64,000 bases of DNA from Alphaproteobacteria bacterium. Its GTDB lineage: Bacteria > Pseudomonadota > Alphaproteobacteria > SP197. Shown one piece after another: positions 8,210 through 17,770 of this stretch. Numbering within the stretch: position 1 is the first letter of the stretch; each line of letters starts with the position of its first letter. The stretch is taken from positions 5,248,001-5,312,000 of the forward strand of contig OZ245842.1 of NCBI GenBank assembly GCA_965228895.1, in the 5' to 3' direction. The notes beneath the pieces are model-generated. The model ran no database searches, was not told where the DNA came from, and saw nothing but the letters and a program-made list of their open reading frames with translations. The position numbers and the translations under genes were made by a program.

Positions 8210-9231
8210 GGCTGGGCCTCCATCCGCGACATGACGAAGCCGATATCTTCGAAGGCTTCGGCGAACGTGTGGGGACGACTACCCAAGTACGAAAACGCCT
8301 GTCCCTGTGTCGGAGATCCTGTATGGCCGTCACACCGCACAAATTTGATGCGCCCGCGGGTGAAGCAGATTGCTGATGCCTTTGATGCAATCCGGTGAAA
8401 CCACTCGGTGTCGGTGTAGTTGTGTGTCAACAGCACCGCCTCGGTCGTGTGCCCCGCCTCAAACTCGGCTATCAGTTTGTCGATGAACTGCACAATTGCT
8501 GGCTGAGCGTAGGGCGGATTAAGCCAGACTCGCCCGCGCCATGGTTCGTCCAGGCCGCTATGTTCAGCGGTGAAATAGTCGGTCGCCTTGACCGTCGCCT
8601 GCGCATCGGTGCTGGTCGCGGGATCGAGGTCGATTTCACCCAGAAAGTCACGAACGATCTCTATGTACTCGGCCGGTGTGTACCACTCCGTCTCGCCCGT
8701 GCCGAAGGCGCCGCGAACATGGGGTTCGTCGCGAAGGACGCGTTGAACCGTGCGCTGACTGAGGCCCGTCTCTTCGGCTATCTGGCGAGCAACGCCCGGC
8801 AGCTGCTGCGGCGACTTACTTTGCCCACGCGCATCGACACCTGGGTGCGACATTCTGTCGCGGCCAGCTTCGCGGCGTTTTTCGAGAAGCTCTGCATATC
8901 GTCGGATATGCCGGTCGCGTTCGTCCTTGGTCAAATCGACGCGGTGGAGATTTTCGGCCAACTCCCAGAGTTCGCGCTCGTCCTCATCGATGTCGAGAAA
9001 CCGGACGGGTACGAACTCCCATTCAAGCCTGCGACAAGCCTCTAGGCGATGGTGGCCTGCAACCAGACGTACACCGTCTTCAGCGAGACAAACATCAATG
9101 GGAGTTTGAAGACCAATATCGTCAATCGACTTTGCAATGGCACCGATACGGTCGGGACGAACGGCGCGATGACGGTCGCCAATCTTGATTGCGTCGAGAC
9201 GGATATCGGCGACGCCCTTTTCGATAATCAT
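8206..9231 (-). CDS. ParB/Srx domain fused to phage-type DNA N6-adenine methyltransferase
   Basis: LVAGHHRLEA and ENLHR (ParB), an HTH, then EWYTP, DLDPA and WLNPPY (Dam-like). Confidence 0.9.
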   Translation of the reverse strand: MIIEKGVADIRLDAIKIGDRHRAVRPDRIGAIAKSIDDIGLQTPIDVCLAEDGVRLVAGHHRLEACRRLEWEFVPVRFLDIDEDERELWELAENLHRVDLTKDERDRHIRRYAELLEKRREAGRDRMSHPGVDARGQSKSPQQLPGVARQIAEETGLSQRTVQRVLRDEPHVRGAFGTGETEWYTPAEYIEIVRDFLGEIDLDPATSTDAQATVKATDYFTAEHSGLDEPWRGRVWLNPPYAQPAIVQFIDKLIAEFEAGHTTEAVLLTHNYTDTEWFHRIASKASAICFTRGRIKFVRCDGHTGSPTQGQAFSYLGSRPHTFAEAFEDIGFVMSRMEAQP

Positions 9232-9416
9232 TACGCCGCCTCCTCGAAGAGAGACCGCGCGAGTTCATCGACTATCGGCCGAATGATGTCGCCGACATGT
9301 TGAAATGAGGTGAGAGGTTCGCTATCTTCAAAACGCTGTAGTTTGCTGTGCTGTACAAAACATTCTGAAGCCCCCGGTGCCTCACCTCGCCGGGGGTTTC
9401 GTGTATCTGGCTCCAT
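9231..9416 (-). CDS. Small hypothetical protein
   Basis: 61 aa between alpA and parB-MTase; TAATG coupling. Confidence 0.5.
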   Translation of the reverse strand: MEPDTRNPRRGEAPGASECFVQHSKLQRFEDSEPLTSFQHVGDIIRPIVDELARSLFEEAA

Positions 9417-9419
9417 GGA

Positions 9420-9620
9420 TCATGCTGCCTCGTCGCCGTCGCGTTCAGCGATACGGTCGGCGATCCACCGATCAACCTCGTCTTCGACAAAGCCGATCTT
9501 CGTTGGACTTAAGACAACTGGCTTGGGGAAGCGGCCTTGACGGACCAAGCGCATAATCGATTCCGGATGGTACCCACCCGAACGCTTCGCCGCTTCCTTC
9601 TTGGTTATGATGCACGACAT
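9420..9620 (-). CDS. alpA: AlpA-family regulator/excisionase
   Basis: IMRLVRQGRFPKPVVLSPTKIGFVEDEVDRWI; GGAGA RBS. Confidence 0.9.
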   Translation of the reverse strand: MSCIITKKEAAKRSGGYHPESIMRLVRQGRFPKPVVLSPTKIGFVEDEVDRWIADRIAERDGDEAA

Positions 9621-9718
9621 TGTTGAGGTATCTCCCAACAGGTTGAGGGAGACATCCAATTAGCGCCGTAGTCGGGCTCTGTCGTCGAGCTACCCCGGCA
9701 AGTTTTGCAGGGGGTTAA

Positions 9719-10393
9719 TCACGCGTTGTGTCTGCGCTGGTAGCGGTTGGCGATTTCATTGATCTGGTCTGAAATCTCTTGGCGACGTTCGGCAATCTGC
9801 TCCTCGCTGAACTTAGCCCGGATCTCTGGCAACAACAGTTGCGCTAGTTCACGGTTCAGGGGTGTGACTTGCTCAAAGTAGGACCAGTTGCGATCCGAGG
9901 TCTCAGTGCTCTGGTCGATATCCGTCTTTCCGACGGTGTCCTGAACGTGAAACGCTAACTCATCGTAGGCTCGCTTGCGGTCGTCGCCGCGGTAGTGGTC
10001 AACAACCACCTGGTAGCATGTGCGAGCAAGCTGGCTATCGGGTTCATTGAAGTTGAGCCGGAAGGTGTTGCGGGCGACGTTCTCTTTCGGCCACCGGCTC
10101 TCCAGGTCCGCTAGAATCTCTAAGGCGTGTCCAACGGCATAGGCTGCATCGGCGACCGGGTCGTGGATCTGATGAGTGAACCGCACGTTCCTACCGACTT
10201 CTGACAGTTTCGTTTGCGCTTTGGTAAGGCGCTTTCGCTCAGCTGCGAGATCACTGCGAATCTCACTCAGGCGTGGTGAACCCCCATCTGCCGATGACAC
10301 CTCTCGATACATGGCGACAGTCAGTTCGATTGATTTTCGGAACTCCGAAACATCGGCAGGCCCAAAGAGGTCGATAAGCTCGTCAACTGTCAT
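9719..10393 (-). CDS. Hypothetical protein
   Basis: ATGA overlap with the integrase stop; 224 aa. Confidence 0.7.
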   Translation of the reverse strand: MTVDELIDLFGPADVSEFRKSIELTVAMYREVSSADGGSPRLSEIRSDLAAERKRLTKAQTKLSEVGRNVRFTHQIHDPVADAAYAVGHALEILADLESRWPKENVARNTFRLNFNEPDSQLARTCYQVVVDHYRGDDRKRAYDELAFHVQDTVGKTDIDQSTETSDRNWSYFEQVTPLNRELAQLLLPEIRAKFSEEQIAERRQEISDQINEIANRYQRRHNA

Positions 10394-11628
10394 GCCAGCA
10401 CGCTGACACCATCGCCGACAACGACACCTTCGACATGACCGGCCCAGCGTTCTATCCACTGGCGCTTGAGGTCCAAGCTGTAGCCATGGCTGTATGCGTC
10501 GGTCACGGAACCGGAACCGGCGTGGTTGAGAACAAGTCCGCGCTCGTACTCGGATGCGCCCTCGTTCTGCATCCAGGTGGTGATGGTGCGACGATGGTTG
10601 TGGGGTATCCAGTCCTCAACGCCACTAGCCTTCCGCACCTTGCGCATGAGGGGCGAGCTCGGGTGGATGGGCTTTTTCTTGTGGCGTCCGGGAAACACCA
10701 GTGGTTCGTCGCTATCCTTTTTGCGTAGGGTCTTGAGGACGCGTGCCGCAAGGGGAGGGATAGGGACGAGGTAGACGCGCTCTTTTGCTGTCAGCTTGGA
10801 CTTGGTGCGCTCGAAGGGGATGGTCCAAAGCGTAGGCTTGTCGGGGTCGTCCAGTTCATCCCAGCGCATGCCAGCGAGTTCTAGGCGACGCACACCTAGC
10901 AACGTCACCAGCTTCACGAACCCGCGCTCTTGGGCGTTGAGATCCTCTTGTGCTGTCCACAGCCGCTTGATCTCATCGTCGTCATAGACACGTTCCCGCG
11001 CCTTTTTGGGGATGGCGGGCCGCACGCTGTCCATGATGGGCGCATCGACGATTTCCCGCTCGTAGGCGTACCGCCAGAGCGTCCTGAGCCACGAAAGGGT
11101 GACGCGGGCCTTGCTGGCCTTCTCCTCGTCTATGTAGCCCTCGATCAGCTTGAAGGCGTCGCGCCGGGTGATGGAGTTCATGGGTTTGTCGCCCCACGGG
11201 ACCGTCTCCAGGATCCTCTGCGTCTCTTCCCAGGTTCGCTGACGACGCTTGGCGTGTTTCTCGATGAACTCCTCGACCACAGCCTCGTAGGTATTGCTGC
11301 GCGCTTCAGCGGCGGCCTCTCGTTCGCGTTTGACAGCGTCGCGAGGGTCTAGGCCCTGCTCGGCCTCCCTGGCGAACCCACGGGCCTTCTCGCGGGCCTC
11401 TGCGATCCCGATGGAGGGATAGGACCCAAAGGTCATCTTGTGCTGCCTGCCGTCGAGCCTGAAGAAGTAGACCCAGGATGTCTTGCGCGTGCCGATGCGA
11501 GCACATAACCCCTTCTCAACCTCGTCGAACTTATCAACGCGTCCGGTCTTCGGACGCTTGGCCTCCAGTATCTTCTGGGTCAGGACATAGCTCTTGGGCG
11601 CCTTGCGTTCGCTTTTCTGATTGCCCAT
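10390..11628 (-). CDS. int: Tyrosine integrase with N-terminal arm-binding domain
   Basis: Arm domain (FGSYPSIGIAEAREKAR); catalytic R (GVRRLE), K, HNHRR, LNH and Y. Confidence 0.95.
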   Translation of the reverse strand: MGNQKSERKAPKSYVLTQKILEAKRPKTGRVDKFDEVEKGLCARIGTRKTSWVYFFRLDGRQHKMTFGSYPSIGIAEAREKARGFAREAEQGLDPRDAVKREREAAAEARSNTYEAVVEEFIEKHAKRRQRTWEETQRILETVPWGDKPMNSITRRDAFKLIEGYIDEEKASKARVTLSWLRTLWRYAYEREIVDAPIMDSVRPAIPKKARERVYDDDEIKRLWTAQEDLNAQERGFVKLVTLLGVRRLELAGMRWDELDDPDKPTLWTIPFERTKSKLTAKERVYLVPIPPLAARVLKTLRKKDSDEPLVFPGRHKKKPIHPSSPLMRKVRKASGVEDWIPHNHRRTITTWMQNEGASEYERGLVLNHAGSGSVTDAYSHGYSLDLKRQWIERWAGHVEGVVVGDGVSVLA

Positions 11629-11652
11629 CAGTCGCTCACCAAAATCGTGAAT

Positions 11653-11671
11653 GGGTAACAAACGGGTAACA
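11653..11671. promoter_or_regulatory. Tandem GGGTAACA repeat, putative integrase arm-type site
   Basis: Two copies 11 bp apart between the int start and the att core. Confidence 0.5.
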
Positions 11672-11785
11672 GAATGGTGGTGTAGGCCCGTTTTCGTATG
11701 CTGAGCTATGTTGATATAGGCAGTTGAAAAAGCAAGGTAATCTGGTGATGAGGCTGAGTTGGGTTGAGAATTGTTGAGGGCAAAA

Positions 11786-11836
11786 AGCTGATTCGTAATC
11801 AGTAGGTCGGGAGTTCGAATCTCCCCTTCGGCACCA
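11786..11836 (+). repeat. att site: 3' half of tRNA-Thr(CGT)
   Basis: CTGAT-TCGTAAT-CAG anticodon arm, GTTCGAAT T-loop and terminal CCA; no D-arm or 5' acceptor strand. Confidence 0.9.
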
Positions 11837-12000
11837 CTCGTCGCCTTCATAGAAAGATGCTGTGTGCTGTGCCTCTTTCGTAACCGGCGCTGTGTTGCGC
11901 ATGTTGTCGAGACGCTGTTTGTGCCGGAGATGCGGGCGGTGATCGCCTATGAAATGACGATCGTGGCCACGCTCGGGGATACGGTGGGAACCGCTCCGCC

Positions 12001-12612
12001 ATGGTAACGGCCATCCTCGCAGCCATTGGCTTCTCGGCTCTTCTCGTAACCTTATCCTACGGCGTGCATCATCGGCTGCTCGGTCCCGGCCAGCGCATCC
12101 AGCCCTACGACCTCGCCTTGACAGTCACTGCTGTGTTCCTGCTGGCGATCCTTGGCGAATCCCTCATCAATCCGATCTACGAGTGGTCCGTGGGCCGGAA
12201 GCTGTGGGAGTACCGCATTCTTCCTCTGCATGATGGCAATGTGTCTGCGCTGGCGGTGCTGATTTGGTCCGCCTATGGCATTCATCTCTATTTCATCCAG
12301 CGAACTCTGGATCACCGTTTGCCGCCTCGCTTGCGCAACAGATACGGCAAGGCGTTGATTATCGGGCTGGAGGCACCTCTCGTCTGGGAGGTGAGCGGCA
12401 ACCTCTTCTTCCTGATCGCGGCCCAACAATACTATGCCTACTATAACCCGCCCGACATCTGGCATTTCACCTCTATCCAGGTTGTGCCGGTGTACATCGT
12501 TTGCATTCTTGTCGGCCTTCTTGTGCTGCAGTCGCTTCAGCGTTTGGGCCGTCATTGGGCGTTGCCGTCGGCGCTGCTCATTGCAGGTCTCGGGTACCTT
12601 ATCGCGAGCTGA
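12001..12612 (+). CDS. Integral membrane protein
   Basis: 203 aa with about 6 hydrophobic segments. Confidence 0.75.
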   Translation: MVTAILAAIGFSALLVTLSYGVHHRLLGPGQRIQPYDLALTVTAVFLLAILGESLINPIYEWSVGRKLWEYRILPLHDGNVSALAVLIWSAYGIHLYFIQRTLDHRLPPRLRNRYGKALIIGLEAPLVWEVSGNLFFLIAAQQYYAYYNPPDIWHFTSIQVVPVYIVCILVGLLVLQSLQRLGRHWALPSALLIAGLGYLIAS

Positions 12613-12699
12613 CGTGGTGTGACGTCTGTCCGTTCGGAGGTCTGGCCACTACGTCGGTCGTTGGTTCCTTGGGCGTGGGGGCCGCCGTCTCTTTTTTGC

Positions 12700-13908
12700 T
12701 TACAGCGTTCTCAGATGATCGGGCAGTTCAAAGGCCCGCCCCTGATCGCTCGCGGACAAGGCGGCCAACCTGACCAGCAGGTGGCGCGCGACATACTCGC
12801 AAGCGTGCGGCAGTCGAGCCTGCCCCGCAATTGGTATGCGGTGTTGACGGTTAAGCAGATGGGCCAGCTGGAGCGGCAGTACGTTCCAAAGTCTGGTGAT
12901 CTTGCCGGCCTTGCCCATGCCCAGAAGCTCGCAGTCCTCAGCACCCATCAGGTCGAAGGTGATCTGTCGGGGAATGGAGCGCAGGTACCATGGCAACAGG
13001 CTTTCCGTGAACCGCAGCAGGGCTTGCTCCAACTGCTCGCCGTGCGCGGTCTGCGCGCGCTGTCGATCTTTCAGGAGCGCGAAGAGCGCGCCGGCCTGTT
13101 CGACATCGCGCGGCAGGAGATCGTCGTCCACACCGAGCAGGTGACCCACCACGCTCCAGGTGTGGACGTAGTCGTCCTGTTGTTCTTGGGATAGTTCGAC
13201 ACCAAGCTGGGTCAGACCGCGCACGATCACGTAGGAGAACGTCTGGAGTGTCAGGGCCATGACGCATTGGTTGATGGGACTGGTGTCGCCATAACGCCCG
13301 CCTGCCAAGCGTTGCGCTAGATGATGGCCGGGCTCGGCCTGCTCCGCGCCCTGTCTTGCACGGATCAGATGCCGGATCGCCGCGTGCATCAGCCTGATCT
13401 TGTGGATTCCCAGCACGCCCGACCGTTCAGGACCGGTCAAGCTACCTGGCGACATGACCAGAATGAGGAACTGGAGCGTTTCAACGATGCGGCGATGGGC
13501 ATCGTCCTCCAGCCGGTGAGTAACGCCCAGAATGGAGGCGATGTCGCGGCTGATGTAGCACTCAGGCAAGCTGGCGCCGGCCATGACCACGTAGGTGGTG
13601 AATTGGTGCTCCTGAAACACCGCGGCAGCGTCGTCAAGGCGTGCCTGGTCGGCCCACGCCGGCAGGCGTGCCGCGCGGGCATCCTCAAAATAGGCGTGCA
13701 GTTCGCTCAGCAGGGGTGTGGGAAGATCGCATGTGTTCACCGTCAGACGGGTGATGTCGCCATAGCCGGCGCATGTCTGCAGGATGTGGCTCACCGCGCG
13801 CAGACTGTGGGTCTCGAAAATGCGCGTGATCAAGGCATCGGCCATCGGGTCCACCGGCCAAGCCTGTTCCAGACGATCGAGTGTCTCGGTCGTCGGTAGG
13901 TGCTGCAT
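12700..13908 (-). CDS. MpaB/Lcp-like (DUF2236) heme oxygenase family protein
   Basis: RRIVET, KIRLMHAAIRH, PINQ and WSVVGHLLGV motifs. Confidence 0.85.
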   Translation of the reverse strand: MQHLPTTETLDRLEQAWPVDPMADALITRIFETHSLRAVSHILQTCAGYGDITRLTVNTCDLPTPLLSELHAYFEDARAARLPAWADQARLDDAAAVFQEHQFTTYVVMAGASLPECYISRDIASILGVTHRLEDDAHRRIVETLQFLILVMSPGSLTGPERSGVLGIHKIRLMHAAIRHLIRARQGAEQAEPGHHLAQRLAGGRYGDTSPINQCVMALTLQTFSYVIVRGLTQLGVELSQEQQDDYVHTWSVVGHLLGVDDDLLPRDVEQAGALFALLKDRQRAQTAHGEQLEQALLRFTESLLPWYLRSIPRQITFDLMGAEDCELLGMGKAGKITRLWNVLPLQLAHLLNRQHRIPIAGQARLPHACEYVARHLLVRLAALSASDQGRAFELPDHLRTL

Positions 13909-14138
13909 TGTCGGCGAGAACCTTGGGCGTGTTTCCTACGTGCTCGCGAGGCGTGACGACCAACTCCACGAAACGCCGAGCCACAGGCGATGTCTCACAA
14001 GTGTCCGTCATGCTCAAGCCCCGCTTTGTCGTATCGACCGACGGCGGATGGGACCAAGATTGGCGGGCCACAGCCGCGACATCAGCTTCCGCGCCCATCA
14101 ACGCACGGGTTCGTCGACGTCGTTCGGCGATAGACCGA

Positions 14139-14187
14139 TTGAATCTCAATCAATCGGTCGAGTGTTCGAATCGCCCCTTCGGCACCA
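14139..14187 (+). repeat. Degenerate second copy of the tRNA-Thr 3' end (relic att)
   Basis: GGTCGAGTGTTCGAATCGCCCCTTCGGCACCA versus GGTCGGGAGTTCGAATCTCCCCTTCGGCACCA at 11805-11836. Confidence 0.8.
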
Positions 14188-14273
14188 GCGCCCCGGCGGT
14201 CGACCGGCTGCCAGCCGGCCTATCCCAACGTAGAGTTTGACCTATTCCAAAGAGTTAGCCCTTTCGGGAGTGG

Positions 14274-14289
14274 CGTGATCGCTGTCACA
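14274..14289. promoter_or_regulatory. CRP/FNR-family-like box
   Basis: CGTGA-N6-TCACA upstream of the gene at 14355. Confidence 0.5.
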
Positions 14290-14354
14290 GGGGGTGAGAT
14301 TTACGGTGTCCGGGATTTGACGTAGTCTAAGAAAAATTTCCGGGATGAACAGCC

Positions 14355-14768
14355 ATGACAAATCAGTCAGCACCGGCGCAGCCGGTCAAGAAACCGGAGC
14401 GCAGTTCTACACCTTATCTTATCGGTATATTTGGTGCGGCCATGACAATCCTGATGGTTGTCATGATCGGTTCTATAAAAGACTTAAGGTCGGATCTCAC
14501 AGTCCTCGATACGTCGCTGGTTACTCTTCAAGAGGAGATCGTAGCCAACCGTATTGCTGTGGTGAGCGAGGTCGCCGGCATCGATGATGGTATAGCCAGT
14601 TCGATAGGCGACCTGCGGACGGACGTCGCGGTTACCAACCAGCAGCTTCTGGGCATTGACCTGCATCTGTCGGCCATGCGTCAGGAACTGGCGCCGGCGA
14701 CCGCCGAGTTCTCGCGTGACGTCGAGACGGTCGCGCCGGTCAACGATCGCAACACGCGCGACAAGTAG
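14355..14768 (+). CDS. Membrane-anchored coiled-coil hypothetical protein
   Basis: One TM segment followed by a coiled coil, 137 aa. Confidence 0.7.
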   Translation: MTNQSAPAQPVKKPERSSTPYLIGIFGAAMTILMVVMIGSIKDLRSDLTVLDTSLVTLQEEIVANRIAVVSEVAGIDDGIASSIGDLRTDVAVTNQQLLGIDLHLSAMRQELAPATAEFSRDVETVAPVNDRNTRDK

Positions 14769-14807
14769 ACTGAAGTTGAGACGCGCCTGAATCCGAGGCG
14801 CCGCGGG

Positions 14808-15755
14808 TCAGGTCGATGCAGAGGCGTCGCCCAAGACAGGGGCGGCTTCATCATAGGTCCGTTTGATACCCGCCTTCAGCGGGATCTGGGCCTGCCAGCC
14901 CAAGGCGCTCAGGCGTCCGACATCCAAGAGTTTCCGCGGCGTGCCATCCGGTTTGCCGCTGTCGTAAACAATTGTGCCCTCGAACCCCGCGATGTCGCCA
15001 ATCATCGCGGCCAGCTCGGCGATCGAGATATCCTTGCCGGTGCCGATGTTGATGATGTCCGGCTCGTCATAGGCCTGCATCAAGAAGAGGCAAGCGTCGG
15101 CCAGATCGTCGACATGGATGAACTCGCGCTGCGGCCGGCCCGTGCCCCACACCACGACCTCATCGTCGCCGCGCCGGACGGCTTCGTGGAACTTGCGGAT
15201 CAGGGCAGCCAGGACATGGCTGGTCTCCGGATCATAGTTGTCGCCCGGGCCGAACACGTTGGTCGGCTGGGTGCAGATGGCGTTGAAACCGTACTGCTGG
15301 CGATAGGCCTGACACATCTTGATGCCGGCAATCTTGGCGATGGCGTACCACTGGTTGGTCGGCTCCAAGGGGCCGGTCAGCAAATAGTCTTCCTTGATCG
15401 GCTGGGCGGCATCGCGCGGATAGATGCAGGATGAGCCTAGGAACAGCAGCTTCTCAGCCCCGCTGCGCCACGCCGCGTCGATGACGTTGGTCTGGATCGC
15501 CAGGTTGTCGCGGATGAAGTCGGCGGGATAGCTGTCGTTGGCCAGGATGCCGCCGACCTTGGCGGCGGCAAGGAACACGTGGCTCGGCCGCTCGGCCTCG
15601 AAAAAAGCCCGCACGGCCGCCTGGTCGGTCAGGTCGAGTTGACCGTGCGTCCGGGTGATCGGCGCGGCAAAACCTTCCGCCTGAAGGCGGCGAACGATCG
15701 CCTGGCCGACCATGCCGCGATGGCCGGCGACATAGATCCTGGCGTCCTTATCCAT
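14808..15755 (-). CDS. fcl: GDP-L-fucose synthase
   Basis: [27 protein letters not shown]. Confidence 0.97.
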   Translation of the reverse strand: MDKDARIYVAGHRGMVGQAIVRRLQAEGFAAPITRTHGQLDLTDQAAVRAFFEAERPSHVFLAAAKVGGILANDSYPADFIRDNLAIQTNVIDAAWRSGAEKLLFLGSSCIYPRDAAQPIKEDYLLTGPLEPTNQWYAIAKIAGIKMCQAYRQQYGFNAICTQPTNVFGPGDNYDPETSHVLAALIRKFHEAVRRGDDEVVVWGTGRPQREFIHVDDLADACLFLMQAYDEPDIINIGTGKDISIAELAAMIGDIAGFEGTIVYDSGKPDGTPRKLLDVGRLSALGWQAQIPLKAGIKRTYDEAAPVLGDASAST

Positions 15756-16812
15756 GAAGGGCGGTTAGGCCCTCGCCAACGAGACCGGCGTCGACCAGGG
15801 TGCGCTCGCGCCGCGCCAGTTCGTGGTCGGCCTCAGCCATCATGGCGACCAGGGTCTTGAAATCGGTCGTCGCGGTCCAACCCAGCTTGTCCTTGGCCTT
15901 GGCGGCGTCGCCTTCCAGATGATCGACCTCGGTCGGGCGCAGATAACGCTCATCGAACGCGACATAGTCCTGCCAGTCGAGACCGGCCTGCTCAAAGGCT
16001 GCCTCCAGGAAGTCGCGGACCGAATAGGACCGGCCGGTCGCCACGACGAAGTCGTCCGGCGTGTCGTGCTGCAGCATGCGCCACATGGCATCGACATAGT
16101 CGCCGGCAAATCCCCAGTCGCGCCGGGCATCCAGATTGCCGAGGTAGAGTTTTTCCTGCAGCCCTTCGCGAATACGCCCGACCGCCCGGGTGATCTTGCG
16201 GGTGACGAAGGTCGCGCCGCGTCTGGGCGATTCGTGGTTGAACAGAATGCCGTTGGTGACGAACAGGCCATAGGCTTCGCGGTAGTTCCTGGCGTGCTCG
16301 TGCGCCGCGACCTTGGCGGTCGCATAGGGGCTGCGCGGCTGAAAGGGTGTCGCTTCGCTCTGGCGCGCCGGTGCGTCGCCGAACATTTCCGAAGATCCGG
16401 CCTGATAGAGGCGGACATCGCGGCCCGTGCGCCCGACATAGTCGCGCAGGCACTCCAAGAGCCTGAGCGCGCCCATGGCGACCACGTCGACGGTGTATTC
16501 GGGCTCGTCGAACGAGACGCGGACGTGGGACTGGGCGGCCAGGTTGTAGATCTCGTCAGGCTCGACCGCTTCGATGATGCGGCGCAGCGCGGTGCCGTCG
16601 GTCATGTCGCCATAATGGCCGAACAACCGGGCGTCCGGGTCGTGGGGGTCGCGGTAAAGGTGCTCGATACGGCCGGTGTTAAACATGCTGGCGCGCCGGA
16701 TGATGCCGTGGACGTCATACCCCTTGGCGATCAGCAGTTCGCTCAGATAAGAGCCGTCCTGGCCCGTGATCCCGGTAATGAGAGCGCGGCGTCTACGCTC
16801 AGCTGCGGCCAT
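15748..16812 (-). CDS. gmd: GDP-mannose 4,6-dehydratase
   Basis: [30 protein letters not shown]. Confidence 0.97.
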   Translation of the reverse strand: MAAAERRRRALITGITGQDGSYLSELLIAKGYDVHGIIRRASMFNTGRIEHLYRDPHDPDARLFGHYGDMTDGTALRRIIEAVEPDEIYNLAAQSHVRVSFDEPEYTVDVVAMGALRLLECLRDYVGRTGRDVRLYQAGSSEMFGDAPARQSEATPFQPRSPYATAKVAAHEHARNYREAYGLFVTNGILFNHESPRRGATFVTRKITRAVGRIREGLQEKLYLGNLDARRDWGFAGDYVDAMWRMLQHDTPDDFVVATGRSYSVRDFLEAAFEQAGLDWQDYVAFDERYLRPTEVDHLEGDAAKAKDKLGWTATTDFKTLVAMMAEADHELARRERTLVDAGLVGEGLTALHG

Positions 16813-17005
16813 GGTCACCCTTCTCCCGGTAATCCCGTCGTTTGGTCCCCTTGCGGAGCCGATGAACGCTGTTTCCTGGCCCTTGTCAAGCGGTCACCGG
16901 GGGAAACGCCCGGCGATTGCGGGCCAGTCCATGGTTACGGGCATCTACCTACCATGGAGGGGGCTGATTGCCCCTCAACGCCGCAGGACTTATATCTCCC
17001 CTGTT

Positions 17006-17770
17006 ATGCTGCGAACCCTGTTTCGATCGACGAGCAAGGCCGTGGAGCCGACCGTCGCGCCCGCCGACACGGTGGTCTACGCGATCGGGGACATTCATGG
17101 CTGCCCGGACCTCTTGGACACCCTGCATGGCCGTATCCTCGATCATGCGGCCGCATTGGGCGTTTCGCGCAAGGTCGTCGTCTATCTGGGCGACTATGTC
17201 GATCGCGGCCAGGATTCGCGCGGCGTCATCGATATGCTGATCAAAGGTCCGCTGCCCGGCTTCGAGAGCGTTTTTCTGAAGGGCAATCATGAAGACGCCA
17301 TGCTGAAGTTCCTCTCCGACAGCTCGATCGGCCCGGGCTGGATGGGTTTCGGCGGTGACATGACCTTGCTCAGCTATGGCGTTGATCCCCAAAGCCTGCC
17401 GGCGGCACAAACCGACGGACTGGCGTTTATGCAAGGCCAGCTGGTGAAGAACCTGCCGACCAGCCACAAGCAGTTCCTCGAGAACCTCGTCTTGAGCCAT
17501 AGCGAAGGCGACTACTTCTTCGCCCATGCCGGGGTCAGGCCCGGCGTGCCGTTGGACGGCCAGCGGCCCGAAGACCTGATCTGGATCCGCGACGCCTTCC
17601 TGGAGTGCGCTCAGCCGTTCGGCAAAGTCGTCGTGCACGGCCATTCCATACGCCTGGAGCCGGAGTTCCGGCGCAACCGCATCGGCATCGATACCGGCGC
17701 GGTCTTTACCGGTGTGCTGACTTGTTTGGCCCTATGGGGCGAAGAACGGGATGTCCTCCAGACCGGCTGA
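17006..17770 (+). CDS. Ser/Thr phosphatase-like metallophosphoesterase
   Basis: GDIHG, GDYVDRG, GNHE, HAG, GH, IDTG. Confidence 0.92.
   Translation: MLRTLFRSTSKAVEPTVAPADTVVYAIGDIHGCPDLLDTLHGRILDHAAALGVSRKVVVYLGDYVDRGQDSRGVIDMLIKGPLPGFESVFLKGNHEDAMLKFLSDSSIGPGWMGFGGDMTLLSYGVDPQSLPAAQTDGLAFMQGQLVKNLPTSHKQFLENLVLSHSEGDYFFAHAGVRPGVPLDGQRPEDLIWIRDAFLECAQPFGKVVVHGHSIRLEPEFRRNRIGIDTGAVFTGVLTCLALWGEERDVLQTG

Larger units (their letters stand above)
1..11836 (-). mobile_element. Integrated phage-satellite-like (PICI-like) element at tRNA-Thr; left end lies outside the window
   Basis: Co-oriented integrase, alpA, replication genes, terS-like and virion-like genes; ends at a tRNA 3' fragment. Confidence 0.85.

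Noticed and set aside
11760-11836. Complete tRNA-Thr gene
   Set aside because: Only the anticodon arm to CCA is present; the upstream sequence cannot form the D-arm or acceptor stem.
11629-11850. 74-aa N-terminal extension of the integrase in the ORF track
   Set aside because: It is the antisense of the tRNA fragment and att arm; the arm-binding domain starts after the ATG at 11628.
1-14187. Known anti-phage defence system as island cargo
   Set aside because: I recognised no nuclease, retron RT, TIR, SIR2 or cyclase motifs; the unknown ORFs remain untested.
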